Below are positions 40,038 to 49,468 of a stretch of 64,000 bases of DNA, piece by piece. This DNA is from an uncultured Candidatus Saccharibacteria bacterium. GTDB lineage: Bacteria; Patescibacteriota; Minisyncoccia; Phycocordibacterales; UBA918. The stretch covers positions 10,609-74,608 of the forward strand of contig CAZSZB010000002.1 in NCBI GenBank assembly GCA_964611205.1, in the 5' to 3' direction. Both the position numbers and the translations under genes were made by a program. The notes under the pieces were generated by a model, which had not been told where the DNA came from, ran no database searches, and was given only the letters and a program-made list of their open reading frames with translations. The first letter of the stretch is position 1; each line of letters begins with the position of its first letter.

Positions 40038-40055
40038 TAATCCAATAAGAATTAT

Positions 40056-40077
40056 CGGGTAAGATTTAAATTACCCG
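40056..40077. promoter_or_regulatory. inverted repeat between the groES promoter and start codon; candidate operator or 5'UTR structure, not CIRCE
   Basis: CGGGTAA-N8-TTACCCG. Lies directly downstream of the predicted -10 element. Does not match the CIRCE consensus TTAGCACTC-N9-GAGTGCTAA. Confidence 0.4.
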
Positions 40078-40084
40078 TGTTGTC

Positions 40085-40113
40085 ATTATATATAAAGATT
40101 TAACAGAGTCAAA
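40085..40113 (-). promoter_or_regulatory. sigma70-like promoter of groES-groEL
   Basis: Minus strand reads TTGACT, a 16 nt spacer, then TATAAT. Near-consensus -35 and -10 hexamers about 45-75 nt upstream of the groES ATG. Confidence 0.6.
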
Positions 40114-40177
40114 AACAAGCGATTTTTAGAGAATTACCAGACTTCCTCAGACTTACTATTGCCAAAACTCTACCTTC

Positions 40178-40438
40178 TTGCTACTATCGTCTCACATGGA
40201 ATTCATACAAAATGCAGTGCTTCCAGTACTCCCGTATGTACAATTAATTCTCTCCATCCTGCTAGTGGCTGCGATTCTCTTACAGCAACGCGGATCGAGT
40301 CTTGGGGGAGCTTTTGGAGGTGATAATTTTAGTGCAACTTTCCACAAAAGACGTGGTAGTGAACTATTTCTGTTTCGAGCAACTATCGTGTTAGCGGTAC
40401 TTTTCGTTTTATCTACTTTAATAACTATCTTAGCTTAA
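40178..40438 (+). CDS. secG: preprotein translocase subunit SecG
   Basis: 86 aa. Two TM helices separated by a Gly-rich loop (LLQQRGSSLGGAFGGDNF), as in SecG. Confidence 0.65.
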   Translation: MLLSSHMEFIQNAVLPVLPYVQLILSILLVAAILLQQRGSSLGGAFGGDNFSATFHKRRGSELFLFRATIVLAVLFVLSTLITILA

Positions 40439-40567
40439 ATTCACTCAATTTAGTTTTCTCTCCAAATAAACTTATATTAAATAGGCTTCGTAAACTGTAA
40501 AGCTTAACTACTTGTTCTCATTTGATTTGTATTTTGCGTGGTCAACTAAAGTGACTTCTAATAACAC

Positions 40568-42307
40568 ATGAACCAGACAAAAACACCAAGATTTAATCTT
40601 ATTAAAAAATACTTTTCATTACTAGAAAATCGTAAACCTAGTGATAAATTCTTTTTGCAAGCTTCTTTGTTAGCTTTTATCATCGCTTCTGTATATTTTG
40701 TATACATTTTAAATGAACGATATACAGTATCAATACCAACTAGAGGTGGTGTTTTGGTAGAAGGAATAGTAGGAACTCCTCGTTTCGTCAATCCAGTACT
40801 GGCCACCACTAGAGCCGATAAAGATATCGTTGAACTTGTCTACAGCGGTCTATTGAAGATAAATAGTGAGGGAGACTTAGTGCCAGACTTGGCTGAATCA
40901 GTTGAACTTTTAGAGAATGGTCAAACCTATCACGTCAAATTGAAAGATAATATCTACTTCCATGATGGATCAAAGGTTACAGCCCGTGACGTAGCTTATA
41001 CTATCGCCTTAATCCAAAATCCGGACTTAAAAAGTCCCCTGCGCGGCAACTGGGAAGGAGTCTTGGTAGAGGAACTAGGAGAGAAAGAACTTAATATTGT
41101 CGTCTCTAAACCCTACACTCCTTTTATAGAAAATTTGAAGGTGGGAATCATCCCTAGAGAAATATGGGATAACTTACCAACTGAGCAATTACCTTTTAGT
41201 CAAAACAACACAAATCCCGTTGGTTCTGGACCATACCAGATTACAAACACTACCTACAATCAATCAGGCTTGATTACTCACTACACTTTAAAAGCTTCCG
41301 ATAGTCACAGAAATCTTACTAACATAGAAAAGTTGGAACTATATTTCTACACTACTGAAGAAGAATTATTAACAGCTCTCAATGCTGGTAAAATAATGAG
41401 TACCGCCAGCTTGGGTGCGGAGAACTTTTCTTCGATTAACATGGATAAGTTTGCTATCTCTAACCACGAGCTACCGCGTACTTTCTCAATTTATTTCAAC
41501 CAAAACAAACTGCCTGCGCTACGATCTCAAGCAGTCAGAGAAGCTTTGCAAATAATGATAGATAAGCAAGATTTAGTTGATAAAGTTCTCTTAGGCAATG
41601 GTATGGTAACTAACTCACCTATTCCAGCCGGCTACGAAAAGCAAAGCCTAGATACAGAGAACCAAGAGGCTGAGCAAGACTTCGACCCATTAACTAAAGC
41701 TAGTAGCATTTTAACCAACGATGGCTGGACAAAGAATGAATCCGGAAACTGGATTAAAAAAACAGACGATTCAGAAATGGAATTGGCGATTGAAATAAGC
41801 ACTGCTAACAGTCCTTTTTTCAACGATACGGCTGAATATATCGCACAAAGTTGGCGGGATCTGGGAGTGATAGTTAATGTAGCTCAATTTAAACAAACAG
41901 ATTTGGTGCAGGCTATTATTAGACCGCGCAGTTTCCAAGCTTTATTATTTGGCGCGGAACAGGACCGTATCATCGATCTTTATCCTTTCTGGCATTCATC
42001 ACAGAAAAATGATCCTGGTCTTAACATTGCTGGCTACACCAGTATTGAAGTAGACGCTCTATTAGAAAAGGCTCGAAAAGCAACGAGTTCAGATGCTCGT
42101 TTCGAATTAAACCAAGAAGCTATTAAGCTCATAAAAACTGACTCTCCAGCTATCTTTTTATTTACCCCGACTTTCAGTTACGTTCACGATAAAAACTTAC
42201 TTTTAAGCATACCGCCTAGATTAAGTAATCACAGTGACCGCTTTTCAGATATAGGTTCATGGTCCGTATCGACTGAGAACATTTGGCCTGTGTTTAAGAG
42301 AGATTAG
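40568..42307 (+). CDS. ABC transporter substrate-binding protein, family 5 (oligopeptide/nickel type), membrane-anchored
   Basis: 579 aa. N-terminal TM. SBP_bac_5-like conserved segments (..LVPDLAES.E.. , ..HDG..VTA.DV.YT..). Confidence 0.7.
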   Translation: MNQTKTPRFNLIKKYFSLLENRKPSDKFFLQASLLAFIIASVYFVYILNERYTVSIPTRGGVLVEGIVGTPRFVNPVLATTRADKDIVELVYSGLLKINSEGDLVPDLAESVELLENGQTYHVKLKDNIYFHDGSKVTARDVAYTIALIQNPDLKSPLRGNWEGVLVEELGEKELNIVVSKPYTPFIENLKVGIIPREIWDNLPTEQLPFSQNNTNPVGSGPYQITNTTYNQSGLITHYTLKASDSHRNLTNIEKLELYFYTTEEELLTALNAGKIMSTASLGAENFSSINMDKFAISNHELPRTFSIYFNQNKLPALRSQAVREALQIMIDKQDLVDKVLLGNGMVTNSPIPAGYEKQSLDTENQEAEQDFDPLTKASSILTNDGWTKNESGNWIKKTDDSEMELAIEISTANSPFFNDTAEYIAQSWRDLGVIVNVAQFKQTDLVQAIIRPRSFQALLFGAEQDRIIDLYPFWHSSQKNDPGLNIAGYTSIEVDALLEKARKATSSDARFELNQEAIKLIKTDSPAIFLFTPTFSYVHDKNLLLSIPPRLSNHSDRFSDIGSWSVSTENIWPVFKRD

Positions 42308-42334
42308 ATTAGATAAGAATATTAAAACAATTAT

Positions 42335-44284
42335 ATGAATTCATCAGAAAATAAAAATCATTCAAGCCAACAACCAAAACGAGATCCTCGACAGAATACT
42401 CGTCGTTTTGGTAATCAGCCAGCTAGCAACAGCACGAGAAAACACACTTTCAAGAAAACTACTCGTAAAGTAACTAAAAAAACAACCAGTAAAAAACGGG
42501 GGAAGAATCCTCGACATAACCAACGTCGTCGGAGCATGACTAATCCTGCCCTAACCCACCGCCTAGCGACTACCGATGATAAAGCTCCAACTTTGCCAGA
42601 AGTAACTGATGAGGATACCGTTCGTATCATTCCGCTGGGTGGTGTAGAAGAAATTGGTCGCAATATGACAGTGGTAGAAACAAAAGATGACATTATTGTG
42701 TTTGATGCTGGCTTTCAATTTGTTTCTGCTGAGGCTAACGCTCCAGGAGTAGATTATATTCTTCCTAATACACAGTACTTAGAAGAGAGAAAGCACAAAA
42801 TTCGAGCCCTGGTAGTCACTCACGGTCACCTAGACCATATTGGGGGTATTCCCTTTTTGATGGAAAGAATCGGAAATCCACCAGTTTACACTCAGTATTT
42901 GACCTCTCTGATGATTCTCAAGCGCCAAGAAGAATTTCCTCATCTAGAACCTATTGAGATGACAATTGTAAAGGAGGGAGAGCACTTTACCGTTGGTAAA
43001 ACGAAAATTAAAACTTTTCCAGTTACCCACTCTATTCCTGATGCTATGGGAGTTTCAGTTGAAACTAAACATGGTGACGTTGTTATAACTGGCGACATAA
43101 AATTAACTCATGAAAATGGTGAGGTAATCAAAGAAGAACGTGAAGCTTGGGAAAAAGTCGGTAAAAATAAAAACATTTGTCTAATCTGCGAATCAACCAA
43201 TGCTGAAAAAGAAGGTTGGTCAGCTCCCGAAGGAGTGGTTCTGCACAATCTTGACGAAATCATACGAAATGCAACCGGACGGTTGATTGTTGGTACTTTT
43301 GCATCTCAGTTCGATAGACTTTTCGCTATCATCAATGCTTGTGAAAAATACAATAAAAAAGTAGTCCTCGAGGGACGAAGTATTAAAAACAACGTCGACA
43401 TTGCCATGACTGCAAAATTGCTGGAGCCAAAACCGAACACCTTCATTTCAGCTAATGATATGTCTAACTATCCAGCAGATAAAATAGTTATCCTATCTAC
43501 TGGAGCTCAGGGAGAAGAATTTGCTGCTCTGATGAGAATGGCTACTAATAACCACAAGTATATCAACCTCACCGAACGAGATACCGTCGTATTATCATCT
43601 TCAGTTATTCCTGGTAACGAAATAGCGGTTCAGAAATTAAAAGACAACTTGTTCCGTCGTGATGTGCGAGTAGTCAATTACCGTAGCGCTAGCGTCCACT
43701 CATCCGGTCACGGGAACGTGGGAGAGCTAATTTGGGTAAACCAAACAGTTAAACCAAAATTCCTAGTTACAGTACACGGACAACATTCAATGTTAAAAAG
43801 CCATAAATATGCTGCTATTGAAAATGGCTTCCCTGCTGAAAACATCGTTGTCCCAGACAATGGATTCTTAATCGATATCAAGAACGGTGAGGAACTTACT
43901 GTCCAAAAAGATAAAGCCCCTAGCGCTCCAGTGATGGTAGACGGGTTTGCAGTAGGAACTAAACAAGAAGTAGTGCTGCGCGACCGTCAGTCCTTGGCCG
44001 AAGATGGTATGTTCGTTATTATTGCGACAGTAAACACAAAGACTGGTAAATTAAGAAAATCTCCCGATATTATTTCTCGCGGTTTTATTTACCTACGAGA
44101 AAATCAACAACTGTTGTCCGAGGCTCGAGTTCTGATTAAAAAAACAGTTGAGAAAAATACCTCAGGCATGCAACCAATTGATCTTGATATGGTTAAAGAT
44201 GAACTGTCTGATGTAGTCAGCGGGTTCTTGATGCAAAAAACTCATAAGACACCGATGGTGATCCCGGTACTTATTGGTATATAA
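42335..44284 (+). CDS. rnj: ribonuclease J with a ~95 aa Lys/Arg-rich N-terminal extension
   Basis: 649 aa. Metallo-beta-lactamase motif HGHLDHIGG. Beta-CASP and C-terminal domains. The canonical RNase J start (IIPLGGVEEIG.N) begins near residue 99, after a basic low-complexity region. Confidence 0.85.
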   Translation: MNSSENKNHSSQQPKRDPRQNTRRFGNQPASNSTRKHTFKKTTRKVTKKTTSKKRGKNPRHNQRRRSMTNPALTHRLATTDDKAPTLPEVTDEDTVRIIPLGGVEEIGRNMTVVETKDDIIVFDAGFQFVSAEANAPGVDYILPNTQYLEERKHKIRALVVTHGHLDHIGGIPFLMERIGNPPVYTQYLTSLMILKRQEEFPHLEPIEMTIVKEGEHFTVGKTKIKTFPVTHSIPDAMGVSVETKHGDVVITGDIKLTHENGEVIKEEREAWEKVGKNKNICLICESTNAEKEGWSAPEGVVLHNLDEIIRNATGRLIVGTFASQFDRLFAIINACEKYNKKVVLEGRSIKNNVDIAMTAKLLEPKPNTFISANDMSNYPADKIVILSTGAQGEEFAALMRMATNNHKYINLTERDTVVLSSSVIPGNEIAVQKLKDNLFRRDVRVVNYRSASVHSSGHGNVGELIWVNQTVKPKFLVTVHGQHSMLKSHKYAAIENGFPAENIVVPDNGFLIDIKNGEELTVQKDKAPSAPVMVDGFAVGTKQEVVLRDRQSLAEDGMFVIIATVNTKTGKLRKSPDIISRGFIYLRENQQLLSEARVLIKKTVEKNTSGMQPIDLDMVKDELSDVVSGFLMQKTHKTPMVIPVLIGI

Positions 44285-44311
44285 ATTGGCATATAAATTC
44301 TCATAATTAAA

Positions 44312-44346
44312 AAACAAACCCTCGTTTACACGAGGGTTTGTTTTTC
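44312..44346 (+). terminator. rho-independent terminator after rnj
   Basis: AAACAAACCCTCG-TTTACA-CGAGGGTTTGTTTTT. Confidence 0.8.
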
Positions 44347-44382
44347 ATATGCTAGATTTTATCAGGGGAAAAGCAAATTCAA

Positions 44383-45603
44383 ATGATTTTTACGCGGTAC
44401 AATATAAACTATATGCTGATTGATCAATGTCATAAATTTACCAATAAAATAATAGAGTTTTGGTATATTTACCCACTGTCTGTATTGTTTGTTTTCCACA
44501 TTTCTTTGGTTGCATACATCAACTCCAGTTACATGGAGCAGTTTATGTCCACCGAGGGAGTAAGTATTCTTTTCACTGTCAGCTCAGCTGTTTCGGTACT
44601 GACCTTTTTATTTTTTTCGCACGCTTTGAAAGCCGCCGGCAATGTGAAGCTAACACTCATTCTGGCTGTAATTGATTTACTTTGTTTGATTATACTAGGC
44701 TTAAACCCAGAGCGAGCTATTGCTATTACAGCCTTCTTTATATTTTTAGTGACCAGTCCTCTGCTATATTTAAATATCGATATATTTTCTGAGGCTTTAA
44801 TCGGTCATGATGAAGAATCTACTGGTAATAAACGCGGTCTTATTTTAGGGTTTATCTCCCTTACGGGAGTTTTGGCCACTGTCTTGGTGGGCCTTATCAT
44901 GGATGGGCACACTAATTTTAGTGCTGTTTACTACACAGCAGCAGGTACTTTAGTTCTGTTTATTGTTTTTTTGCTTACTACTTTCAGTGATTTTACCGAT
45001 CCTGATTATGATATATTTCAAATTCGTACTTCCCTGCGCACCATCTGGCTGAAACCCAATATACGTAATGTGATGTTTTCCCATTTTCTTTTGCAGGTAT
45101 TTTTCATTTGGACAGTCATATATTTCCCGCTTTATCTATTTACTGAAATGGGTTTTGCCTGGGATAAAATTAGCTACATATTAGCATTTGGCTTACTAGC
45201 CTATGTCTTACTCGAATGGCCAATTGGTATCATCGCTGACCGCTGGTTCGGCGAAAAAGAAATAATGACTCTGGGTTTTTTGATACTTACCATAAGTGTT
45301 ACTAGCATAAGCTTTATTACTTCAACTAGTATTTTAGCTTGGATGTTGATTATGTTCGCTACTAGGGTAGGTGCTGCCTGTGTAGAAGCCACTACAGAAA
45401 TTTATTTCTTTAAACATTCAGACGGTGATGATGCTGATACTATAAGTTTTTTCCGTCTATTAAGACCTTTGGCAGCCGTAGGTGGTACGTTATTAGGAAG
45501 TGTAGCTCTACTCTATCTACCATTTCAAATGATATTTGTGGTCTTAGGCTTTTTCCTAATCCCTGGATTATTCTTTTCTTTTAATATCGAAGATACTAAA
45601 TAA
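44383..45603 (+). CDS. putative MFS-type transporter
   Basis: 406 aa. About 12 predicted TM helices. The true start may be an internal Met near 44533. Confidence 0.5.
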   Translation: MIFTRYNINYMLIDQCHKFTNKIIEFWYIYPLSVLFVFHISLVAYINSSYMEQFMSTEGVSILFTVSSAVSVLTFLFFSHALKAAGNVKLTLILAVIDLLCLIILGLNPERAIAITAFFIFLVTSPLLYLNIDIFSEALIGHDEESTGNKRGLILGFISLTGVLATVLVGLIMDGHTNFSAVYYTAAGTLVLFIVFLLTTFSDFTDPDYDIFQIRTSLRTIWLKPNIRNVMFSHFLLQVFFIWTVIYFPLYLFTEMGFAWDKISYILAFGLLAYVLLEWPIGIIADRWFGEKEIMTLGFLILTISVTSISFITSTSILAWMLIMFATRVGAACVEATTEIYFFKHSDGDDADTISFFRLLRPLAAVGGTLLGSVALLYLPFQMIFVVLGFFLIPGLFFSFNIEDTK

Positions 45604-45610
45604 CAAGCAG

Positions 45611-46300
45611 CTACAGTTCATAAATCATATCCTTGCGCTCAACCACAATCTTCCAGCCCAAACGTTTAGCTTCATTATATAAAGTTTGATTAGGATTAAA
45701 ACAAATAGGATTCTCCACTAATTCCAACATAGATATATCGCCTTCTGTATCGCCTATGGCAAAAGATCCCTCCTTTGTGAATTCATTAGATTCAAACACC
45801 CTTTTAACTATATTTGCCTTGTTTTGAATCAGGTGTTCATCCACTACTACACCAGTAAATCTGTCGGTGGGTCCGATCTCATAAATGCGACCATAAACTT
45901 TATCAAAACCATAATTTTGACAAAATTCGTCTAAAATAACTTTCGGTGATTGTGAAATGGCTACCGTATAATACCCTTCCTGCTTAAGCTGTTGTAATAA
46001 ATTTTTAGTGTAAAGATAAATTTTTCGGCTGTGTCTAGCCACCACTAGCCTGCCTAAATCTGCCATATCACCATAATAAACTCCTTTGATATGATTAAAA
46101 AAGGTAGTTATCATTGCATCTATATAACTTTCGTAGTCACCTTCCCTGTTAAGCCAAGAATGAAATTCATCATTATATTCATCGCGGGCAGAAATGGGAA
46201 ATTTTCCCTCATCGATCAATTGCTCTACTAATTCAATGAATAGACTCGAGCGAAAAAATGTACCGTCTATATCAAAAAAAGCAACTTTTCTCATAATCAT
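45611..46300 (-). CDS. HAD-superfamily hydrolase (subfamily IB-like)
   Basis: 229 aa. Motif I FFDIDGT. C-terminal GD.EGD motif. Confidence 0.7.
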   Translation of the reverse strand: MIMRKVAFFDIDGTFFRSSLFIELVEQLIDEGKFPISARDEYNDEFHSWLNREGDYESYIDAMITTFFNHIKGVYYGDMADLGRLVVARHSRKIYLYTKNLLQQLKQEGYYTVAISQSPKVILDEFCQNYGFDKVYGRIYEIGPTDRFTGVVVDEHLIQNKANIVKRVFESNEFTKEGSFAIGDTEGDISMLELVENPICFNPNQTLYNEAKRLGWKIVVERKDMIYEL

Positions 46301-47193
46301 TAATCTACCATTATAAATATCGATTGCAATTCTCGATATTCATTTTGAGTCAAAATTGTTTTACGATAAATACCTTCCTTGGGCCAACCGACCTCAGAAA
46401 TAGTAATTCTGTAGTCATCAAAAACAGACTCAATAAAGGCTAGCTGGCCAATATCGTCCACTATGTACTCCATTACTGCTAGTGGTTGGGGTGAAATGCT
46501 TATATGAATATTGGATTGACCCCGAAGTTTCTGTTGCCATGTTCCAGGAATACGGGAGGAATTTTGTTGCCATTTTATGAATTTATTGTTTTGTAGTAAT
46601 CTGTAGAAAACGTACTCAGCACTAGTTAAAGATAAACCAGCTCGTGCTCCAGAAAACTCATCGGCTATCAAGGCCCGTAACTTAATGGTCTCAACATTAT
46701 GGGCAGTATAATCATTTCCATTAACAAATTGGGGTTGGATATCACTCTGATTGCGAACCAGAACATCTTTTAAAACCCAGCCATTATAATCATCAGTTTT
46801 TACCTCCGCCCATCTACCCCCTAATTTTTCTAAAATAACTGTTTGTCCGTATGACAAAGGACAAATGACTGAATCAAAAGTTATTACTGGATCACTGTAT
46901 AGGTATACTTCGGTCGAACCAATGAAGTATTTTTCACCATTTACAAAATTACTAATGGAGGTCGGTTTTAATCTGATTTCATCACCTGAAAATAAAAGCC
47001 CCTGCTCTTGATTGTTAGCAAGGGTATTTTGCAAAGCTAAAGTCTTAGGAATCTTATCTGTATCTGTGTTTTTAATTACTCCGAATAAGCTAGTGTACAC
47101 AAACTTCCATAGATCATCTATAACGGCCAACCAAACATTCATATTAAGAGTATAATAACACTTTCTTGTTAGAAAGAGACAAACAAAAAACAC
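46300..47193 (-). CDS. hypothetical protein
   Basis: 297 aa ORF. Its stop overlaps the start of the HAD gene. No recognisable motif. Confidence 0.4.
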   Translation of the reverse strand: MFFVCLFLTRKCYYTLNMNVWLAVIDDLWKFVYTSLFGVIKNTDTDKIPKTLALQNTLANNQEQGLLFSGDEIRLKPTSISNFVNGEKYFIGSTEVYLYSDPVITFDSVICPLSYGQTVILEKLGGRWAEVKTDDYNGWVLKDVLVRNQSDIQPQFVNGNDYTAHNVETIKLRALIADEFSGARAGLSLTSAEYVFYRLLQNNKFIKWQQNSSRIPGTWQQKLRGQSNIHISISPQPLAVMEYIVDDIGQLAFIESVFDDYRITISEVGWPKEGIYRKTILTQNEYRELQSIFIMVD

Positions 47194-47250
47194 ACCTGAG
47201 TATGCTTTTTGTTTACTATTATTCTAGTATTAGTTGAATAGTATTACTTT

Positions 47251-47454
47251 TTATGAGGGACAGAATTTTTTGAAAGTGATAAGCATGTACACTGCAGAGA
47301 TACCTACTACAATATAGATTAGTCTCTCTAACCAATCCACACTTCCTAAGAGCATATTCACCAAGTTTAGGTCGAACAAGCCGACTGTCAGCCAATTCAA
47401 ACCACCGATTATTACCAGTAAGACTGGTAGAGTATTTAACATTTTATTGTCCAT
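47251..47454 (-). CDS. DUF378-family small membrane protein
   Basis: 67 aa. Two TM helices with the conserved IIGGLNW motif. Confidence 0.6.
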   Translation of the reverse strand: MDNKMLNTLPVLLVIIGGLNWLTVGLFDLNLVNMLLGSVDWLERLIYIVVGISAVYMLITFKKFCPS

Positions 47455-47514
47455 ATAAAATTATGTTATAAATAATACTAATAAACCCTAATCTCACTAT
47501 ACAATACAAATCAA

Positions 47515-48639
47515 CTATTTATTACTAAGCAGTTGATAAAGCCTGGTGACTATAATACCCACTGAAAAGGCTGTAATTAATAGAATCAAAGCCGGGCCAA
47601 TTATCGGCAAGATAATAATCAGTTGCAATACAGCAGTACCAACAAACAACCATAGCAGAGTAACTTGTATCTTGCCTGTAAAGAATTTAGCTAAATAAGC
47701 ACCGCTGACAATACTAGATAGAGCATAGCCAGTTGCTAATAGTATAGCAGCAAGACCAGCTGTCATAAGTCCTACCAAAAATCCCAATACGGTTAATATC
47801 AGAAAGATGGCTGCTAGTGGCATAAATATAATCACAGCAAAACCAATCAGAGTTTTGGTTATATGATGATTGTCTGTCCGCTTTAATAAATTAAGCAGAT
47901 TACGACTAAACAATAAATATAATGTTAACGAAGTAAATAACGTTATCAAAAAAGGTACTAAATTGATCACCATCTTACTGTCCTTGTTTTGATTGTTTAC
48001 AAAAAGTTGGCGCTTCTGAACATCTCCTTCGATGGTGACCTCAGGAGCTCTTACTAAAGTTGAATTACTAGCATAAGTCACATTCCCAACAATCGAAGCC
48101 TGGCTTCCCAGTGTTAATTGTTTATGGATATTAACATCAACGTCTTTGCCGACAGAACCATTAATAGTGAGGTTTTGACTAGTGCCGTGAATAGCTCCAT
48201 CTACCTTACCTTCAATAATGCCTGAGCGGCCGAAAAAATAAATATTTCCTCCGATATGAGCTGAGGAGAGAACTTTTAGATTACTGGCAATGACAAAAAG
48301 GTCGCCTTCTATGTCGTTAGCTATAACTACTTCTCCCGATAATATTCTGACGTCATCCTTAACCGTAGCGTGTATTTGTGAGACTCCACTTAGAATTACC
48401 AAATCTTCATTAACCACACCGTTAACTGTTACTGAACCTCCCAAGGCATACATATCGCCCAAGACCTCTCCGGACATACTGGTGTTGCCTAAGGGACCAA
48501 CGGAGACATAATAATCACCTTTAATAGATTGTGATTTCTCAACAGATATAGCATTACCAGTTCGAACAACAGTTTCAGCCAGCACTGAATAAGGTAAGAA
48601 TATGAGAATTAATATAAAGATGTAGTTGTATAATTTCAT
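47515..48639 (-). CDS. secreted bactofilin-like beta-helical repeat protein with C-terminal TM anchors
   Basis: 374 aa. Signal peptide. About 200 aa of ..G.V.GDV...G..-type beta-helix repeats. 3-4 C-terminal TM helices. Confidence 0.45.
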   Translation of the reverse strand: MKLYNYIFILILIFLPYSVLAETVVRTGNAISVEKSQSIKGDYYVSVGPLGNTSMSGEVLGDMYALGGSVTVNGVVNEDLVILSGVSQIHATVKDDVRILSGEVVIANDIEGDLFVIASNLKVLSSAHIGGNIYFFGRSGIIEGKVDGAIHGTSQNLTINGSVGKDVDVNIHKQLTLGSQASIVGNVTYASNSTLVRAPEVTIEGDVQKRQLFVNNQNKDSKMVINLVPFLITLFTSLTLYLLFSRNLLNLLKRTDNHHITKTLIGFAVIIFMPLAAIFLILTVLGFLVGLMTAGLAAILLATGYALSSIVSGAYLAKFFTGKIQVTLLWLFVGTAVLQLIIILPIIGPALILLITAFSVGIIVTRLYQLLSNK

Positions 48640-48641
48640 AT

Positions 48642-49385
48642 TTAACTCTCTAGTTCCTTTCTAGCCAGCTCATCATTACTTATTTCTTTGGCGATAGCAG
48701 CTTGTTCCTTTTGCTGAATTTCTGATTGTTTTTTGATGGTTGAAGTAGCTATACCTTGCTTATCATACAGATTCATCAATGAAAAACTAACCATAGCCGC
48801 GAAAACTACTCCAAAAAGATTCATTATGAGCAACACAGAGGAGCCTTTAATGACAGCAACATCTAGATAAGCGATTCCGACTCCTACCACTGCTAAAGGC
48901 GGGATAAGAGCCACTGAAATAGCAACGCCAGGCAAGGTTGAGCTCCACTCTGGATTAGCTAGAGCAAAAGCTACAGCCGCACCGGATACCACAGCCACTA
49001 GGAAGTGAATCAGGGACGGCGTTGTGCGACTCAATATTTCGGCTGTCATCAGTCCGTCACCTAAAAATAAAGCAGCTAAGATTGAACAGCCCAAACCTAT
49101 TGATAGGGCTTTTCCTAAGGTAAATAATGATCTTTGTAAAACAATTGTATTAGACATAGAAAGTCCGAGCGCAACTCCAAGTATAGGATACAAAACTGGA
49201 GCAATTAACATGCTCCCTATAACAATCGATGTACTATTAATAATGACCCCAAAAGTAGCCATAATAACCGATAGTGCAGTTAAGTAGAAAAAATCAAAAT
49301 TTGGTGTACTACTTTCCATCAACTTCCTGACCACCGCAGCTTTATCTTTATCTTCAATGACTCTAAATCGTGCTAGAAAATCCAT
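48642..49385 (-). CDS. DUF389-family integral membrane protein
   Basis: 247 aa. Hydrophobic core with a TIGR00341-like pattern. Charged C-terminal tail. Confidence 0.5.
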   Translation of the reverse strand: MDFLARFRVIEDKDKAAVVRKLMESSTPNFDFFYLTALSVIMATFGVIINSTSIVIGSMLIAPVLYPILGVALGLSMSNTIVLQRSLFTLGKALSIGLGCSILAALFLGDGLMTAEILSRTTPSLIHFLVAVVSGAAVAFALANPEWSSTLPGVAISVALIPPLAVVGVGIAYLDVAVIKGSSVLLIMNLFGVVFAAMVSFSLMNLYDKQGIATSTIKKQSEIQQKEQAAIAKEISNDELARKELES

Positions 49386-49468
49386 AATTTATTTATATAT
49401 TGGCAAACAGTGACATTATATCATGATAAAAACGTACTTAACGCCCTTTTACTGAAAAACAGCGGAGC

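Noticed and set aside
40038-40177. Search for a canonical CIRCE (TTAGCACTC-N9-GAGTGCTAA) upstream of groES.
   Set aside because: Not present. Only the CGGGTAA-N8-TTACCCG repeat is found. Reported as a finding rather than annotated as CIRCE.
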